Shown here: positions 26,607 through 39,600 of the stretch, piece by piece
Layout of the letters: every line of letters starts with the position of its first letter
Numbering within the stretch: position 1 is the stretch's first letter
From: Octopus sinensis
Taxonomy: Eukaryota
Assembly (NCBI RefSeq): GCF_006345805.1
Contig: NC_043014.1
Location: 6,448,001-6,512,000, forward strand
Length of the DNA: 64,000 nucleotides
Direction: 5' to 3'
The notes under the pieces: generated by a model
Told to the model about the DNA's origin: nothing
Seen by the model: the letters and a program-made list of their open reading frames with translations, nothing else
Databases searched by the model: none
Position numbers and translations under genes: made by a program

Positions 26607-26828
26607 ACATAATCTGAAATGCAACACCCACAAAATAAGTACCACCTGAGTACTAGGGGCCGATGTACTCGATTTGCCCCCTCCCTCAAAACGTCAGGCA
26701 TTGTACCTAAATTGAAAACAATTATGACTCACACGTTTTTACTTAACTTTATCCAACCAAAACTCTGGTTTCTCTTCCACCCCGTTTCTCTTTACCTCTA
26801 ACCCATCCTCGGTACACCCTGTACCTTA

Positions 26829-26908
<80 letters not shown>

Positions 26909-27169
26909 CTCTAGCTTTCCCTTCCTCACTCTCACTCTCTTTGATTCTCTCTTAAAGTCCACACAACCTTTCCCTCACTCATTATCTTTAATGATTTCTC
27001 TTCTTAATCTTAAATGCTTTCTCTCGGAACGGGGGCCCTTCTTTTCATCTGATTGATTAACGAAACCAGGGCAATTCACTGTCAATAAAAATTCCTTTAT
27101 CTTCATTTGTTGTTTGTTTCACGCTTCTACTCCTCACTCTTACATTCATTATAAGTCACACACATACAC

Positions 27170-27229
<60 letters not shown>

Positions 27230-27542
27230 GCATATATATATATATACACAGGTATAAATTTGGAAGTATAGGAGTGGGGGAATTTAATTTCTAGCAGAAT
27301 GATTCTAAACGAATAAAACCAGATATCACGTTGATCATCGCATTTTAGTTGTGAGTTGTTTGTGTTAGTTGTTACAAACAGAACAACTTCACTTCATATC
27401 ATTCGCTCTGATATTCCTGTCGGTTTCGGATGTGTACATATCTGTTAATTAATTAGCTTCATTATATCACGAATAAGCTAATTGGTTACGAAGAATTAAT
27501 AGAAAGTGCTCAAGCATTTATATTTTATTCGGACTAAACATG

Positions 27543-27657
27543 ATGTCTCGTGGTTATATTAATGTTGGTGAAGGGTCTTGGAGATCTTTGGGTTTGCCTG
27601 CCAAACTGTTGTTGTCGATGATGATGATAGCGATGATGTATTCATACACTTCAGCTG
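27543..27657 (+). CDS. Gene C exon 1, signal peptide (alternative ATG at 27540)
   Basis: MSRGYINVGEGSWRSLGLPAKLLLSMMMIAMMYSYTSA, donor GTaagt at 27658 (phase 1). Homologous to gene B exon 1. Confidence 0.85.
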
Positions 27658-27717
27658 GTAAGTAAAGGACGGTAACTTTATTTTCTTAGCTCTTCCCTTT
27701 TCTCACCTCTCTCCTTT

Positions 27718-27761
<44 letters not shown>

Positions 27762-27960
27762 CTTTCTCGTAAGACAAATTTAATCTTAACAGGACCTAAA
27801 CAAACCGCACAGTGACCATCACAGAAAACCTCTCGACTAGACATTACAATATAGTACGTGACTCCTTTGACCAACAAAACATAATATCTATTACCCGCTT
27901 AAATCATTCCTAGTCGTTTAAGAATTTTGATTAGATGGAAGCTAACTATAGATAGGTCTA

Positions 27961-28670
27961 AGGCGGCGAGATGGCAGAATCGTTAGCACACCGGTCGAAA
28001 TGCTTAGCGGTATTTCGTCTGCCGTTACGTTCTGAGTTCTAATTCCACCCAGGTCGACTTTGCCTTTCATCCTTTCGGGATCGATAAATTAAGTACCAGT
28101 TCCGCACTGCGGTCGATGTAATCGACTTAATACCTATGTCTGTCCTTGTTTGTCCCCTCTATGTTTAGCCCCTTGTGGGTAATAAAAGAAATAGGTATTT
28201 CGTCTGCGCTACGTTCTGAGTTCTAATTCCGCCCAGGTCGACTTTGCCCTTCATCCTTCGGGGTCGATAAATTAAGTACCAGTCCGCACTGGGGTCGATG
28301 TAATCGACTTAATACCTATGTCTGTCCTTGTTTGTCCCCTCTATGTTTAGCCCCTTGTGGGTAATAAAAGAAATAGGTATTTCGTCTGCCGCTACGTTCT
28401 GAGTTCTAATTCCGCCCAGGTCGACTTTGCCCTTCATCCTTTCGGGGTCGATAAATTAAGTACCAGTTCCGCACTGGGGTCGATGTAATCGACTTAATAC
28501 CTATGTCTGTCCTTGTTTGTCCCCTCTATGTTTAGCCCCTTGTGGGTAATAAAAGAAATAGGTATTTCGTCTGCCGCTACGTTCTGAGTTCTAATTCCGC
28601 CCAGGTCGACTTTGCCTTTCATCCTTTCGGGGTCGATAAATTAAGTACCAGTTGCGTACGGGGGTCGATA
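27961..28670 (+). mobile_element. SINE family A tandem multimer (~4 units of ~184 bp)
   Basis: One 5' head, then repeated gtatttcgtctgcc..aaagaaatag units. Confidence 0.9.
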
Positions 28671-29960
28671 TGTCGCGCCCAAGTATATACGTTTAAACAG
28701 AATCAAAGAGAAGAGATGAGAAGAATTTTTAGTAGCAAAATCGTCAGAAGAGAAATTTTAGGAGTAGGAGAAAATGATGGGTTCTTTGACTTTTTTCCTA
28801 ATGTCTAAAATCAATAATGTTTCATTTTGGAACTCATCTTTGGAAACAGAAGGAAAGTCTACGGAGGGCAAAACTGGGAAGAGCGTACTCACCTATAAGA
28901 CTATCACGAAGGCGAGAGCCTTGTTGGGGTGCAACTCAGAGGATTTTGCTTGTCCATGCCTCAGACCTCTTTCTTTACACGGTCTCACTCAAACGTCTCA
29001 ACATCTGAAACGAACGCATGATAAAAGGCGCTTACCCGTTCAATCAAAAAGGACCCTCAACGGTTTCACATTTCATCGATTCTGAAATGTGCGGGGGGGG
29101 GGGGTTGTGATTGCGTTGTCCCGGCCTAGCGTGTTGCTCTATTAAAGGCGGTGCTCCAGCATGGCCGCAGTCAAATGACTGAAACAAGTAAAAGAGTAAA
29201 GAGTAAAGAGTATAATATATGCATATGTATTAATGTGTGTATGTATATAGACACACACGTACACCTATGTATGAGTTTATGCATGAATATACATAGTTAT
29301 ATGTGTAAGTACATGTGTGTGTGTGTGTGTGCGTGTGTGTGCATATAGGTGTATATAATTGCATATATATATATATATATATATATAACCAAGAAAAAAG
29401 CAACAAGAATGGATCGGTAGAAGAATATATGGTGTGGATGTGGGTAGCTTATTTGTTTCAACGTTAGTATCAATATGTGACACCTTGTTATTAGCAACTC
29501 CCGAAAATAGAACAGAATGTTTGCAACCAGCGGCCCCCAAACTAGTGAAAATCGACTGGTGCGTAAGATTAATGCTAGTATTCTGTACCAGGTGGATGTG
29601 TCATCACCTCCCTCTGAATCGGGAATTGTTAGTCATTTGGTGCAGGAAGATGGAAGCTATCAATCGGTGTGGAACAAGACTGGAAGACCAGACGACAGAA
29701 AGAATCGGTACATACTCAGAGTTCACAGAAGCTCCTCAGTAGGCCTAGCATAGCGATGGACACCTTATGGTAGTCTTTCATTGAAAAAGAAGAAATTGAA
29801 GAAAAAATAACAATAGCAACACGACTATGTCTTCTGTCTCATTGATCCACAGTATAATGGAATAACGAATAGAAAGCATTAACAGTAAGGTGTAGTATTA
29901 TAGCTTGTGGGTCTGAGGTCAATTGACGTGTTAGTTAAGCTTATATAATATGTCTGGCTA

Positions 29961-30392
29961 AGGCGGCGAGCTGGCAGAAACGTTAGCACGCCGGGCGAAA
30001 TGCGTAGCCGTATTTCGTCTGACGTTACGTTCTGAGTTCAAATTTCGCCGAGGTCGACTTTGCCTTTCATCCTTTCGAGGTCGATTAAATAAGTACCAGT
30101 TACGCACTGGTGTCTATGTAATCGATTTAATCCGTTTGTCTGTCCTTGTTTGTCCCCTCTGTGTTTAGCCCCTTGTGGGTAGTAAAGAAATAGGTATTTC
30201 GTCTGCCGCTACGTTCTGAGTTCAAATTTCGCCGAGGTCGACTTTGCCTTTGATCCTTTCGAGGTCGATTAAATAAGTACCAGTTACGCACTGGGGTCTA
30301 TGTAATCGATTTAATCCGTTTGTCTGTCCTTGTTTGTCTGTCCTTGTTTGTCCTCTCTGTGTTTAGCCCCTTGTGGGTAGTAAAGAAATAGG
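29961..30392 (+). mobile_element. SINE family A dimer
   Basis: Same consensus, two units. Confidence 0.85.
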
Positions 30393-30857
30393 TACATACT
30401 CAGAGTTTACGTAAGCTCCTCAGCAGGCCTAGCATAGCGATGGACACCTTAGGGCAGTCTTTTATTTTAATAAAGAAGAAAATTTAACAAAACTACAGCA
30501 ATAAAAACAGATTTTGTAGCTCAGTATTTCACCCTATCTTATTTACCTGAAGCCCAAGGGAATAATGATCAACAGTTAAGTGTACTACTGTAATTAGCCG
30601 GTGTGCGTTCAATTACTGAGTTAGTCAAGCTTATATAACATTTCGGGGGTAAAAAGGAAGCATCAAAATTAACAAAAGGATTACTTAATAAAGAGAAAAT
30701 CCGTAGCCCAAGTGGACAACTGAATGAGGATGATCTATCCCCGTGTTTATTATTTAATTGGAGAGGGACCCGAAGAATTCCGGGGTAAACAACAGCCGAA
30801 GATTGTGACTATAACAAGCAAGATGAGGAAGACATTAGTTGAAATATCTCCTAAGTT

Positions 30858-31513
30858 TTCTTCTCTTTCTCTTCCTACTTTGTAATTTCTCCTTCTTCTC
30901 TTTCTTCTACTTCTTTTTCTCCTTCTTCTCCTTCATTCCTTCATCTCCTTCTTCTCCTCTTTTTCTTCCTCTTCTTTTCCTTCTTCTTCTTCTCCTTCTC
31001 CTTCCTCTTCAGCTACTTCTGCTTCTTCTTCTCTTCCTCCTTCTTCTTCTTTTTCTTCTTCTCTTCCTCCTTCTTTTCCTCCTTCTTCTTCTCTTCCTCC
31101 TTCTTCTTTTTCTTCTTCTTCTTCTGCTTCTGCTTCTTCTTCTTCTGCTTCTTCTTCTTCTTCTGCTTCTTCTCCTCCTCCTCCTTCTTCTCCTCGCCTT
31201 CCTTATTCCCCTTCTTTTTCTTCTCCTTCGTCTTCTCCTTCTTCAGCTGCTTCTACTGCCTCTTCTTCTTCTTTTTCTTTTTCTCCTCCTCCTCCTCCTC
31301 CTCCTCCTTCTACTTCTTCTTCTTCTTCTTCTCCTCTCCTTCTCTTTCTTCTCTTTCTTCTTCTTCTTCTCCTCCTCCTCCTCCTTCTTCTTCTTCTTCT
31401 CCTCCTCTGCCTTCTCTTTCTTCTTCTCCTTCTTCTTCTTCTTCTTCTCCTTCTTCTTCTTCTTCTTCTTCTTCTTCTTCTTCTTCTTCTCCTCGCCCTC
31501 CTTCTTCTTCTTC
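30858..31513. repeat. (CTT)n polypyrimidine tract upstream of gene C exon 2
   Basis: Direct reading. Confidence 0.95.
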
Positions 31514-31580
31514 TATATCTCACGTTTCACAACATATATTCCTAATAATTTTTTTCCCCCTCTTCCGCTTTCTCTTCCAG

Positions 31581-31907
31581 CAGAGGTCGAAATAACCCTC
31601 TCACCCGCCCATGGTTTCGCTATTGGAGACTCAACAGAAATGCAGATTTCCTGCCATTTCAATGCGACAGATTTCCATTCATTCTCTCTCCACCAGAATG
31701 GAACCGTCGTTTCGAAAATGGAACACGACAATCATACAGGGAAGTATATCGTAACAAATGCGAAGGATTTCTACTGTAGCAACCCTAAAACAAAATGGGG
31801 GCATAGTATGGTTGACTGCTGGAAAAGGAACCTCAATTGCCATGATGCCACCTCATACAGATGTAGTGTAAATGACACACATGTTTCCAGTCCAGCGTCG
31901 CTAAAAG
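31581..31907 (+). CDS. Gene C exon 2, V-like Ig domain
   Basis: Acceptor tctcttccAG (NAGNAG), donor GTcagt at 31908, 327 nt. MQISCHF..FYC..VDCW..NLNCHDATSYRC is paralogous to 13771-14100. Confidence 0.9.
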
Positions 31908-31997
31908 GTCAGTTCTCCATTTCCGTCACAATTTTCACTATTCAACAATATTCATATTTTATATTTTAAAGATTCTCATAAAATTTGTGATGGTGTG

Positions 31998-32107
31998 TAT
32001 CATCATCATCATCATCATCATATCCATTATCTTCATCATTATTATTATTGTTATTAGCATTATTGTTAATATTATCCTTATTATTATTATTATTATTATT
32101 ATCATTA

Positions 32108-32138
<31 letters not shown>

Positions 32139-32185
32139 CATTATTATTATTATTATCATTATTTTTATTATTATTATTATTATTA

Positions 32186-32224
<39 letters not shown>

Positions 32225-32229
32225 CATTA

Positions 32230-32269
<40 letters not shown>

Positions 32270-32468
32270 CATTATTACTATTATTATTACTATTACTATT
32301 ATTATTAATACTATTACTATTATTATTATTATTATTATTATTATTGAGTGAGAGAGCAGTTCATGCCATCAAAGTGACACTGGGGTAAAATATACGAAGC
32401 CCAATATACCCATCATGACTACCCGTCTGATAAGGGCACACCTATTATTATTATCATCATCATCATCA

Positions 32469-32516
<48 letters not shown>

Positions 32517-32527
32517 CATCATCATCA

Positions 32528-32591
<64 letters not shown>

Positions 32592-32596
32592 TACTC

Positions 32597-32633
<37 letters not shown>

Positions 32634-32668
32634 CATTATCAGCATCATCATCATCATCATTATTATTA

Positions 32669-32738
<70 letters not shown>

Positions 32739-32820
32739 TACTATTATTATTATTATTATTATTACTACTACTACTATTATCATCATCATCATCATCATCA
32801 TCATCATCGCCATCATCACC

Positions 32821-32864
<44 letters not shown>

Positions 32865-32896
32865 TATTATTATCATTATTATTATCATTATTATGA

Positions 32897-32968
<72 letters not shown>

Positions 32969-32972
32969 TTTT
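31998..32972. repeat. (ATT)n/(CAT)n microsatellite
   Basis: Direct reading. Confidence 0.95.
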
Positions 32973-33481
32973 CATATAAGACTGCGAGCTGGCAGGATCG
33001 GTACCGAGGAGGGCAAAGTGCTTAGCAGCATTTCGTCCGTCCTTAGTGCTATTTTCTGTATCTTATATAAACTTTATAAATCCTGATGATTTTGTTATGT
33101 ATTTGTCTGAATGTTTTTTATCATACCTAATATAATTACTATCATAGAGGAATCGTTTCAGTTTTTAGGCTCCACATTCGATTTCCAGTTTTTTTGTATT
33201 TTGAAAGTTTCTCCGTTTATTTTAGAGAAACATTGTCATCTGTTGGTATTGATATATCGATTAGAAAGCGTATTTTTCTTGGTGATCTCTGACAACTATA
33301 TCCGGCCTATTAGCTTCCATACAATAACCATCTCCGTGTTTGCCCCTTGTGGGCAATAAAGAAATAAGAATAGGTGCTGGGCTTAAAGATAAGTCCTGGG
33401 GGGAATTTTTCGACTAAAACCCAACAAGGCGGTGCTCCAGCATTGCCGCAGTCAAATGACTGAAACAAATAAAACAGAAGA

Positions 33482-33552
<71 letters not shown>

Positions 33553-33771
33553 TGTATGCATGCGTGTACGCGCACACTTCTGTGTTTATGTAGATATTGT
33601 CGCCATATAGGCGTAGAAGTGGCTGTGCGGTAAGTAGCTTGCTTACCAACCACATGGTTCTGGGTTCAGTCCCACTGCGTGGCACCTTGGGCAAGTGTCT
33701 TCTACTATAGCCTCGAGCCGACCAAAGCCTTGTGAGTGGATTTGGTAGACGGAAACTGAAAGAAGCCCATG

Positions 33772-33817
<46 letters not shown>

Positions 33818-34241
33818 GCGCGTGTGTGTGCGTGCGTGCGTGCGTGCGTGCGTATGTGTGTGTGTGTGTGCGTGTGTGTTTGTCCTCCCAACATCGCTTG
33901 ACAACCGATGCTGGTGTGCTTACGTCCCCGTAACTTAGCGGTTCGGCAAAATAGACCGATAGAAAAAGTACTGGGCTTACAAAGAATAAGTCCTGGGGTC
34001 GATTTGCTCCAGCATAGCCGCAATCAAATGACTGAAACAAAAGTAAAAAAATAAAAGAGTATATAGACTCTACTTCACCTTCCTCTAGCATTGCTTTTTC
34101 TGGAAACATCAGCCCTAAAAGTTACCAGAGACACCTCAGGGTTCAGCATTCTAGTTTTGTATCAACGCTTTCATTTGTTTCAGCGCCTACATCCAGTTCG
34201 TTATTTTGATTCTATTATTCTAATGTCTGTTTTATTTTCAG

Positions 34242-34562
34242 TGAAATCTTCTCTTCACAGTCTGGAGCACGTCCACAACCATGATGCTGCAATGAAACAC
34301 GTGGATGTATTCAACTGTACGGCACATGTTGCACTACCTTCTCAAAATGAAGTCGTCTTTCACTGGAAAGTAATGCACGGTTTTCAAATGACGAGCGAGA
34401 AATGGGACAAAGTGAATGTTTGGGGTTCGGACACATGCTATGCTAACGTAACTTCATCTTATCATCACCATTTGGGCCACGATCACTCCGCTAATCCTAC
34501 AACCATTGCCTGTACAGTATTTCAAGAGACACGTACCAAAGTAGTCAATCAACCACACATGG
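34242..34562 (+). CDS. Gene C exon 3, His-rich second Ig domain
   Basis: Acceptor ttttattttcAG, donor GTaagt at 34563, 321 nt. 82/107 aa identical to gene B exon 3. Confidence 0.9.
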
Positions 34563-34675
34563 GTAAGTAAATATTCTTTGTGTTTCATTGTTCACTGTAT
34601 AAAGCTTTTCTATGTCCTCATACGAAGACCATTGTTACGGGTCTCCTGTTGTGATCCTTTAACAAAAATATTTAA

Positions 34676-34895
34676 CCCTTTAGTGTTTAAACCGGCCATA
34701 TCTGGCCCAAATATTCTACCTGTGTTATAATCAAACTGGGAATATCTAGCCCCTCAAACCTAACCTACATTGACATTCAAAAAATATACAATCACATCAT
34801 TGAAACCTCAAAGCTATGAGATAATGCATAATTAATTCAAAACAATTTGAGTGAAAAAGTATTACATTTAACAGAGTAATCTGAACACTAAAGGG
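34676..34895. mobile_element. piggyBac-like MITE (220 bp)
   Basis: TTAA-CCCTTTAGTGTT..AACACTAAAGGG-TTAA. A single TTAA marks the empty site in the gene B intron (~18455). Confidence 0.9.
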
Positions 34896-34971
34896 TTAAA
34901 AGTATTCCCTGCTGCTTGTCTTCTTGCAGACAGAAAACATTGTTGCATTCCTTAGATTTTACGGTTGAATG

Positions 34972-35228
34972 CACTGGCTCGGGAATGAAATTTGCTTAGG
35001 GGATGCAAACCCAGGTCCAAAAATATTTACAAACAGTGTCTTCTTTTTTGTTATTTTTGTTTTGTTCTTTGAGAAGGAACCTAACTTCAAGCTACTTTTT
35101 ACACATCTCTTATTTACCGTTTTCTAAATTCGAGGAAAATAAGTAGGGCTGCAAATTTTGGTTCTGCACTCCACAAAAATTCTAGGGGGTGCACTTGCAT
35201 CATCTCCACTCCCTGTTCCCGGGCCCAT
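34972..35228. mobile_element. MITE-like insertion, possibly hAT-derived
   Basis: Absent from the gene B intron (ttgaatgtttaaatattc). Degenerate TIR ggctcgggaa / ttcccgggcc. Confidence 0.55.
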
Positions 35229-36039
35229 AAATATTCAAAGCGTTTTCTAAGATACATCGCCTCGAACTTCAACACTAATTAGGTCATTGATTTAATAGAA
35301 ATCTCAACACTAATTAGGTTTCTTCTTTTTTCTTTTGCGGTCTAATATTTAGCTGGTTAAATGGCTTCAAGAAGCAGAAGTCAACTAAACGGTTTCTGAA
35401 GGTATTTCATAACAACCTTCCCTACTTGTAATTCATGTACACCTGTATATTAAGCACATCTGCCGTAATTGCTCTTTGGTAATCCTTCCAACCAATGAGA
35501 GCACATTGAAAGTAACACGTGCTTTCTTAGTTTGCATAACAGAATAGTTTCTCGTTAGGTTTGATATCACAGAGGGTTGCGCGTCAGCAGACTGATATTT
35601 TAAACTAGTATATGAAAATGTAGCGTACGTATAAACATCAGAGCATATATGTACTTATGCAGATATGAATTTATCCGTAAATATTAGGTTATTTTACATG
35701 AAATGTCACATTTTTAACTACTTGTTATTTCAGTCATTTAAAAACTCAATTATGTATACCCTGCATTTAATCTTGACTCTTTTTCTTTCCCAACAATATT
35801 GGTTTACAAAATTCATACCCGCAGACCTCATGAAAAGGATAACAACCAAACTATGTTGAGTGATTTTTTTCGTATGAGTACAAACTCATTCACTCTGCCG
35901 CAGAAGCTCTACGGAATATCAAGCGGGTCTTTGGTAATGGTTTTGTTGACATTAGAACTAGTCACAGATGGCTCAAAAGCTCTCGTTCAGGAGATGATAG
36001 CCTTGGAAATATACCAAGGGGTAGGCCCAAATCAGTTAT

Positions 36040-36380
36040 TTGTTTCAGTTCCTGGAAATTGGTCATGCTGGAGCGTATCCGGAAAGTTTGTTATGGCCAA
36101 GAATCTTGAGGCTAATTTTCCTGCGACAAATATGTTTGCGGTAAAATTCCTAGAACGACGCTTCATCCGCAATTCCCATAGTTTCCCCCAGAAAGTCGTC
36201 TCTCTTGTGCTCCACTAATCCCATATAGAAATCCATGGTCGAGCTGACCGCATTGCCCGTCTGACTGAGAACTGTGAGCGCTTGGAGCCCTGTCTCTGTC
36301 TATGCTTGGTCCAGGACTGTCGCTTCGTCAAAGAGACGAGCAGCGGGTAGGCGCTTTTAACAAACGGCGTGCACACCTGA
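36040..36380 (-). mobile_element. 5'-truncated Tx1-like LINE fragment nested in the mariner
   Basis: Closely similar to 53748-54093 and interrupts the transposase after GRPKSVI. Confidence 0.8.
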
Positions 36381-36621
36381 TAGATTGCTTTGGTTGAACA
36401 AAATCCAAGAACAAAGATTCGAAAACTTTCAGCAGAATTCTAAATACAACTGTTTGTGGACACCTGTAAAACATTGGTCAAGTCAAAAGTCAAGAAAACG
36501 GATACGTTTCGTCCACATCAACTGAACGTGATTCAAAACAACAGACGCCTCGAAGTGTGCTCCTTGTTTCTTGACTGGAAAAAGACCATTTTTGCATCAA
36601 ATCATTATTTGTGAAGAAAAA

Positions 36622-39600
36622 TGGATGCTCTTTGACAACAGCAGGAGAACAGGACAGTGGTCAGATGCAGGAGAGTCACCTGAACACTACCCAAACCCAC
36701 CATTGCACCCTAAAACGTTAGTGGTCACTCTATGGATGCTTTTTGACAACAGCAGGAGAACAGGACAGTGGTCAGATGCAGGAGAGTCACCTGAACACTA
36801 CCCAGACCCACCATTGCACCCTAAAACGTTAGTGGTCACTCTATGGATGCTTTTTGACAACAGCAGGAGAACAGGACATTGGTCAGATGCAGGAGAGTCA
36901 CCTGAACACTACCCAGACCCACCATTGCACACTAAAACGTTAGTGGTCACTCTATGGATGCTCTTTGACAACAGCAGGAGAACAGGACAGTGGTCAGATG
37001 CAGGAGAGTCACCTGAACACTACCCAGACCCACCATTGCACCCTAAAACGTTAGTGGTCACTCTATGGATGCTCTTTGACAACAGCAGGAGAGAAGGACA
37101 TTGGTCAGATGCAGGAGAGTCACCTGAACACTACCCAGACCCACCATTGCACCCTAAAACGTTAGTGGTCACTCTATGGATGCTCTTTGACAACAGCAGG
37201 AGAACAGGACAGTGGTCAGATGCAGGAGAGTCACCTAAACACTACCCAGACCCACCATTGCACCCTAAAACGTTAGTGGTCACTCTATGGATGCTCTTTG
37301 ACAACAGCAGGAGAACAGGACAGTGGTCAGATGCAGGAGAGTCACCTGAACACTACCCAGACCCACCATTGCACCCTAAAACGTTAGTGGTCACTCTATG
37401 GATGCTTTTTGACAACAGCAGGAGAACAGGACAGTGGTCAGATGCAGGAGAGTCACCTGAACACTACCCAGACCCACCATTGCACCCTAAAACGTTAGTG
37501 GTCACTCTATGGATGCTTTTTGACAACAGCAGGAGAACAGGACATTGGTCAGATGCAGAAGAGTCACCTGAACACTACCCAAACCCACCATTGCACCCTA
37601 AAACGTTAGTGGTCACTCTATGGATGCTTTTTGACAACAGCAGGAGAACAGGACAGTGGTCAGATGCAGGAGAGTCACCTGAACACTACCCAGACCCACC
37701 ATTGCACCCTAAAACGTTAGTGGTCACTCTATGGATGCTTTTTGACAACAGCAGGAGAACAGGACAGTGGTCAGATGCAGGAGAGTCACCTGAACACTAC
37801 CCAGACCCACCATTGCACCCTAAAACGTTAGTGGTCACTCTATGGATGCTCTTTGACAACAGCAGGAGAGAAGGACATTGGTCAGATGCAGGAGAGTCAC
37901 CTGAACACTACCCAGACCCACCATTGCACTCTAAAACGTTAGTGGTCACTCTATGGATGCTCTTTGACAACAGCAGGAGAACAGGACAGTGGTCAGATGC
38001 AGGAGAGTCACCTAAACACTACCCAGACCCACCATTGCACCCTAAAACGTTAGTGGTCACTCTATGGATGCTCTTTGACAACAGCAGGAGAACAGGACAG
38101 TGGTCAGATGCAGGAGAGTCACCTGAACACTACCCAAACCCACCATTGCACCCTAAAACGTTAGTGGTCACTCTATGGATGCTCTTTGACAACAGCAGGA
38201 GAGAAGGACATTGGTCAGATGCAGGAGAGTCACCTGAACACTACCCAGACCCACCATTGCACCCTAAAACGTTAGTGGTCACTCTATGGATGCTCTTTGA
38301 CAACAGCAGGAGAGAAGGACATTGGTCAGATGCAGGAGAGTCACCTGAACACTACCCAGACCCACCATTGCACCCTAAAACGTTAGTGGTCACTCTATGG
38401 ATGCTCTTTGACAACAGCAGGAGAACAGGACAGTGGTCAGATGCAGGAGAGTCACCTAAACACTACCCAGACCCACCATTGCACCCTAAAACGTTAGTGG
38501 TCACTCTATGGATGCTCTTTGACAACAGCAGGAGAACAGGACAGTGGTCAGATGCAGGAGAGTCACCTGAACACTACCAAACCCACCATTGCACCCTAAA
38601 ACGTTAGTGGTCACTCTATGGATGCTCTTTGACACAGCAGGAGAGAAGGACATTGGTCAGATGCAGGAGAGTCACCTGAACACTACCCAGACCCACCATT
38701 GCACCCTAAAACGTTAGTGGTCACTCTATGGATGCTCTTTGACAACAGCAGGAGAACAGGACAGTGGTCAGATGCAGGAGAGTCACCTAAACACTACCCA
38801 GACCCACCATTGCACCCTAAAACGTTAGTGGTCACTCTATGGATGCTCTTTGACAACAGCAGGAGAACAGGACAGTGGTCAGATGCAGGAGAGTCACCTG
38901 AACACTACCCAAACCCACCATTGCACCCTAAAACGTTAGTGGTCACTCTATGGATGTTCTTTGACAACAGCAGGAGAACAGGACATTGGTCAGATGCAGG
39001 AGAGTCACCTGAACACTACCCAAACCCACCATTGCACCCTAAAACGTTAGTGGTCACTCTATGGATGCTCTTTGACAACAGCAGGAGAACAGGACAGTGG
39101 TCAGATGCAGGAGAGTCACCTGAACACTACCCAGACCCACCATTGCACCCTAAAACGTTAGTGGTCACTCTATGGATGCTCTTTGACAACAGCAGGAGAA
39201 CAGGACAGTGGTCAGATGCAGGAGAGTCACCTGAACACTACCCAGACCCACCATTGCACCCTAAAATGTTAGTGGTCACTCTATGGATGCTCTTTGACAA
39301 CAGCAGGAGAACAGGACAGTGGTCAGATGCAGGAGAGTCACCTGAACACTACCCAAACCAACCATTGCACCCTAAAACGTTAGTGGTCACTCTATGGATG
39401 CTCTTTGACAACAGCAGGAGAACAGGACAGTGGTCAGATGCAGGAGAGTCACCTGAACACTACCCAAACCCACCATTGCACCCTAAAACGTTAGTGGTCA
39501 CTCTATGGATGCTCATTGACAACAGCAGGAGAACAGGACAGTGGTCAGATGCAGGAGAGTCACCTGAACACTACCTAAACCCACCATTGTACCCTAAAAG

